From the NCBI GenBank assembly GCA_029717555.1, contig JAMDHS010000007.1:1-64000 (forward strand): a DNA stretch of 64,000 nt, read 5' to 3'. Below are positions 63,015 through 64,000 of this stretch, piece by piece. The first letter of the stretch is position 1. Each line of letters opens with the position of its first letter. The DNA comes from Peribolospora baueri (Eukaryota). The position numbers and the translations under genes were made by a program. The notes beneath the pieces were generated by a model that searched no databases, had not been told where the DNA came from, and saw only the letters and a list, made by a program, of their open reading frames with translations.

Positions 63015-63493
63015 TTTAGTTTATATCCCTGTTCGCGCTCCTGTACCGACGTAGCCCACTAATAACCCGCCTTGCATGACGTCATAACGGCATGACGTCA
63101 AATGATGAGCCGACGGGAGCGGACCCTGTCGGCTGCCCACGCGCGACGCGAAGTTGCGCGGACGGGGGCAACCAACCTTCGCGGGACGGAGGAGGACGGA
63201 GAGACGGGTGGGCGGGCGGTTCTCGTATCCACCATTGATAGAGCCGAGCGATTCAATCCGACAGATCCGGTTCACTCTTGTTCATTTGCGTCAATGATGA
63301 ATGCCATGGGTGAGGTGACTACATGGGATGTTGTTCTGAGAATCCACGACTAAAACAAAAGACGGGCAGGTGTTGTTTGTTATTGAACCAATCGAAAACG
63401 TTCTCGACCGAGGGAGGGGGGGGGGCGGGATGATTTAAGAGGTGGGGGAGGGAGGGGGCTATTGATGGTACGAAGATGGGAAAGGCCGACCAC

Positions 63494-64000
63494 TTAACGA
63501 CCGCCGTGGAAAGGACCTTCACGTGCTCCGAGCGAGACGACGTTATGACCGCTAGAGAGAGAAGGGCGGTGGATGAACATTCAACTCGCAAACCTACGCG
63601 CCCGTTCGTCCGACCGACATGGAAGAAGAGAAAGGACAAGGTCCGTACTCACGAGTTCGCATCATTCTTCGACGACCACCTCGTAGGCTCGTCGGCCGCT
63701 TGCAGCTGGCCCTTTTCCAGCACTTGCGTCGCCACGTCTGTGTCCTTGGACGTACCGAAGATGGTCTCCAGCTGCTGGTTTGATGGCCTTCCGAGCTTGC
63801 CTTGCGAACCTTGGCCCGTGTGGAAGACGTCGAACGAGTCCACCACTTCCATCAGGGGGATGGACTTGTCTGCGGTGCGCATTCCGAAGGAAACATTGAT
63901 ATCGTGTCGGCGTGGACGCTCCGAGGACCCCTCCACGTCATCTATGAGGTGCGCCCGAGTCCGCTACGACCAGCACATTCGACACGCCACACTCACCACC
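63494..64000 (-). CDS. RTC3: SBDS N-terminal domain protein, RTC3-like, 5'-partial
   Basis: DKSIPLMEVVDSFDVFHTGQGSQGKLGRPSNQQLETIFGTSKDTDVATQVLEKG, an intron, then last exon ...GPFHGGR* (TAA 63496-63494). The gene continues beyond the window. Confidence 0.85.

Overview
Intron-rich, GC-rich fungal nuclear DNA with GT-AG introns, many micro-exons and short divergent promoters. The gene content points to a basidiomycete; Ustilaginomycotina is plausible but is my inference. About 17 apparently intact genes can be reconstructed by hand: a secreted 100-aa-repeat protein (partial, missed by the ORF track), a DUF6533-type membrane protein, an SCI1-like protein, eIF5A, a BTP/histone-fold TAF, VPS45, MED1, METTL16, a DUF89/ARMT1-like protein, ubiquitin-RPL40, a class I/II aminotransferase, peroxisomal Lon, malate dehydrogenase, an intronless beta-lactamase-family protein, NEO1, a KIN4-type kinase and LYS1, plus a partial RTC3/SBDS-like gene. 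Non-core elements are a probable solo LTR (about 2.4-2.8 kb), a 279-bp near-perfect hairpin upstream of METTL16, a degraded USP-like cysteine-peptidase locus (56.8-58.5 kb), and two 5'-truncated, divergently oriented gene relics (LRR-like and MFS) that abut at about 62.5 kb. Two PTS1-bearing genes (Lon -ARL, MDH -AKL) lie head-to-head. I recognised no tRNA, rRNA or CRISPR array. CDS coordinates are gene spans including introns, and all family assignments come from motif recall, not database searches.
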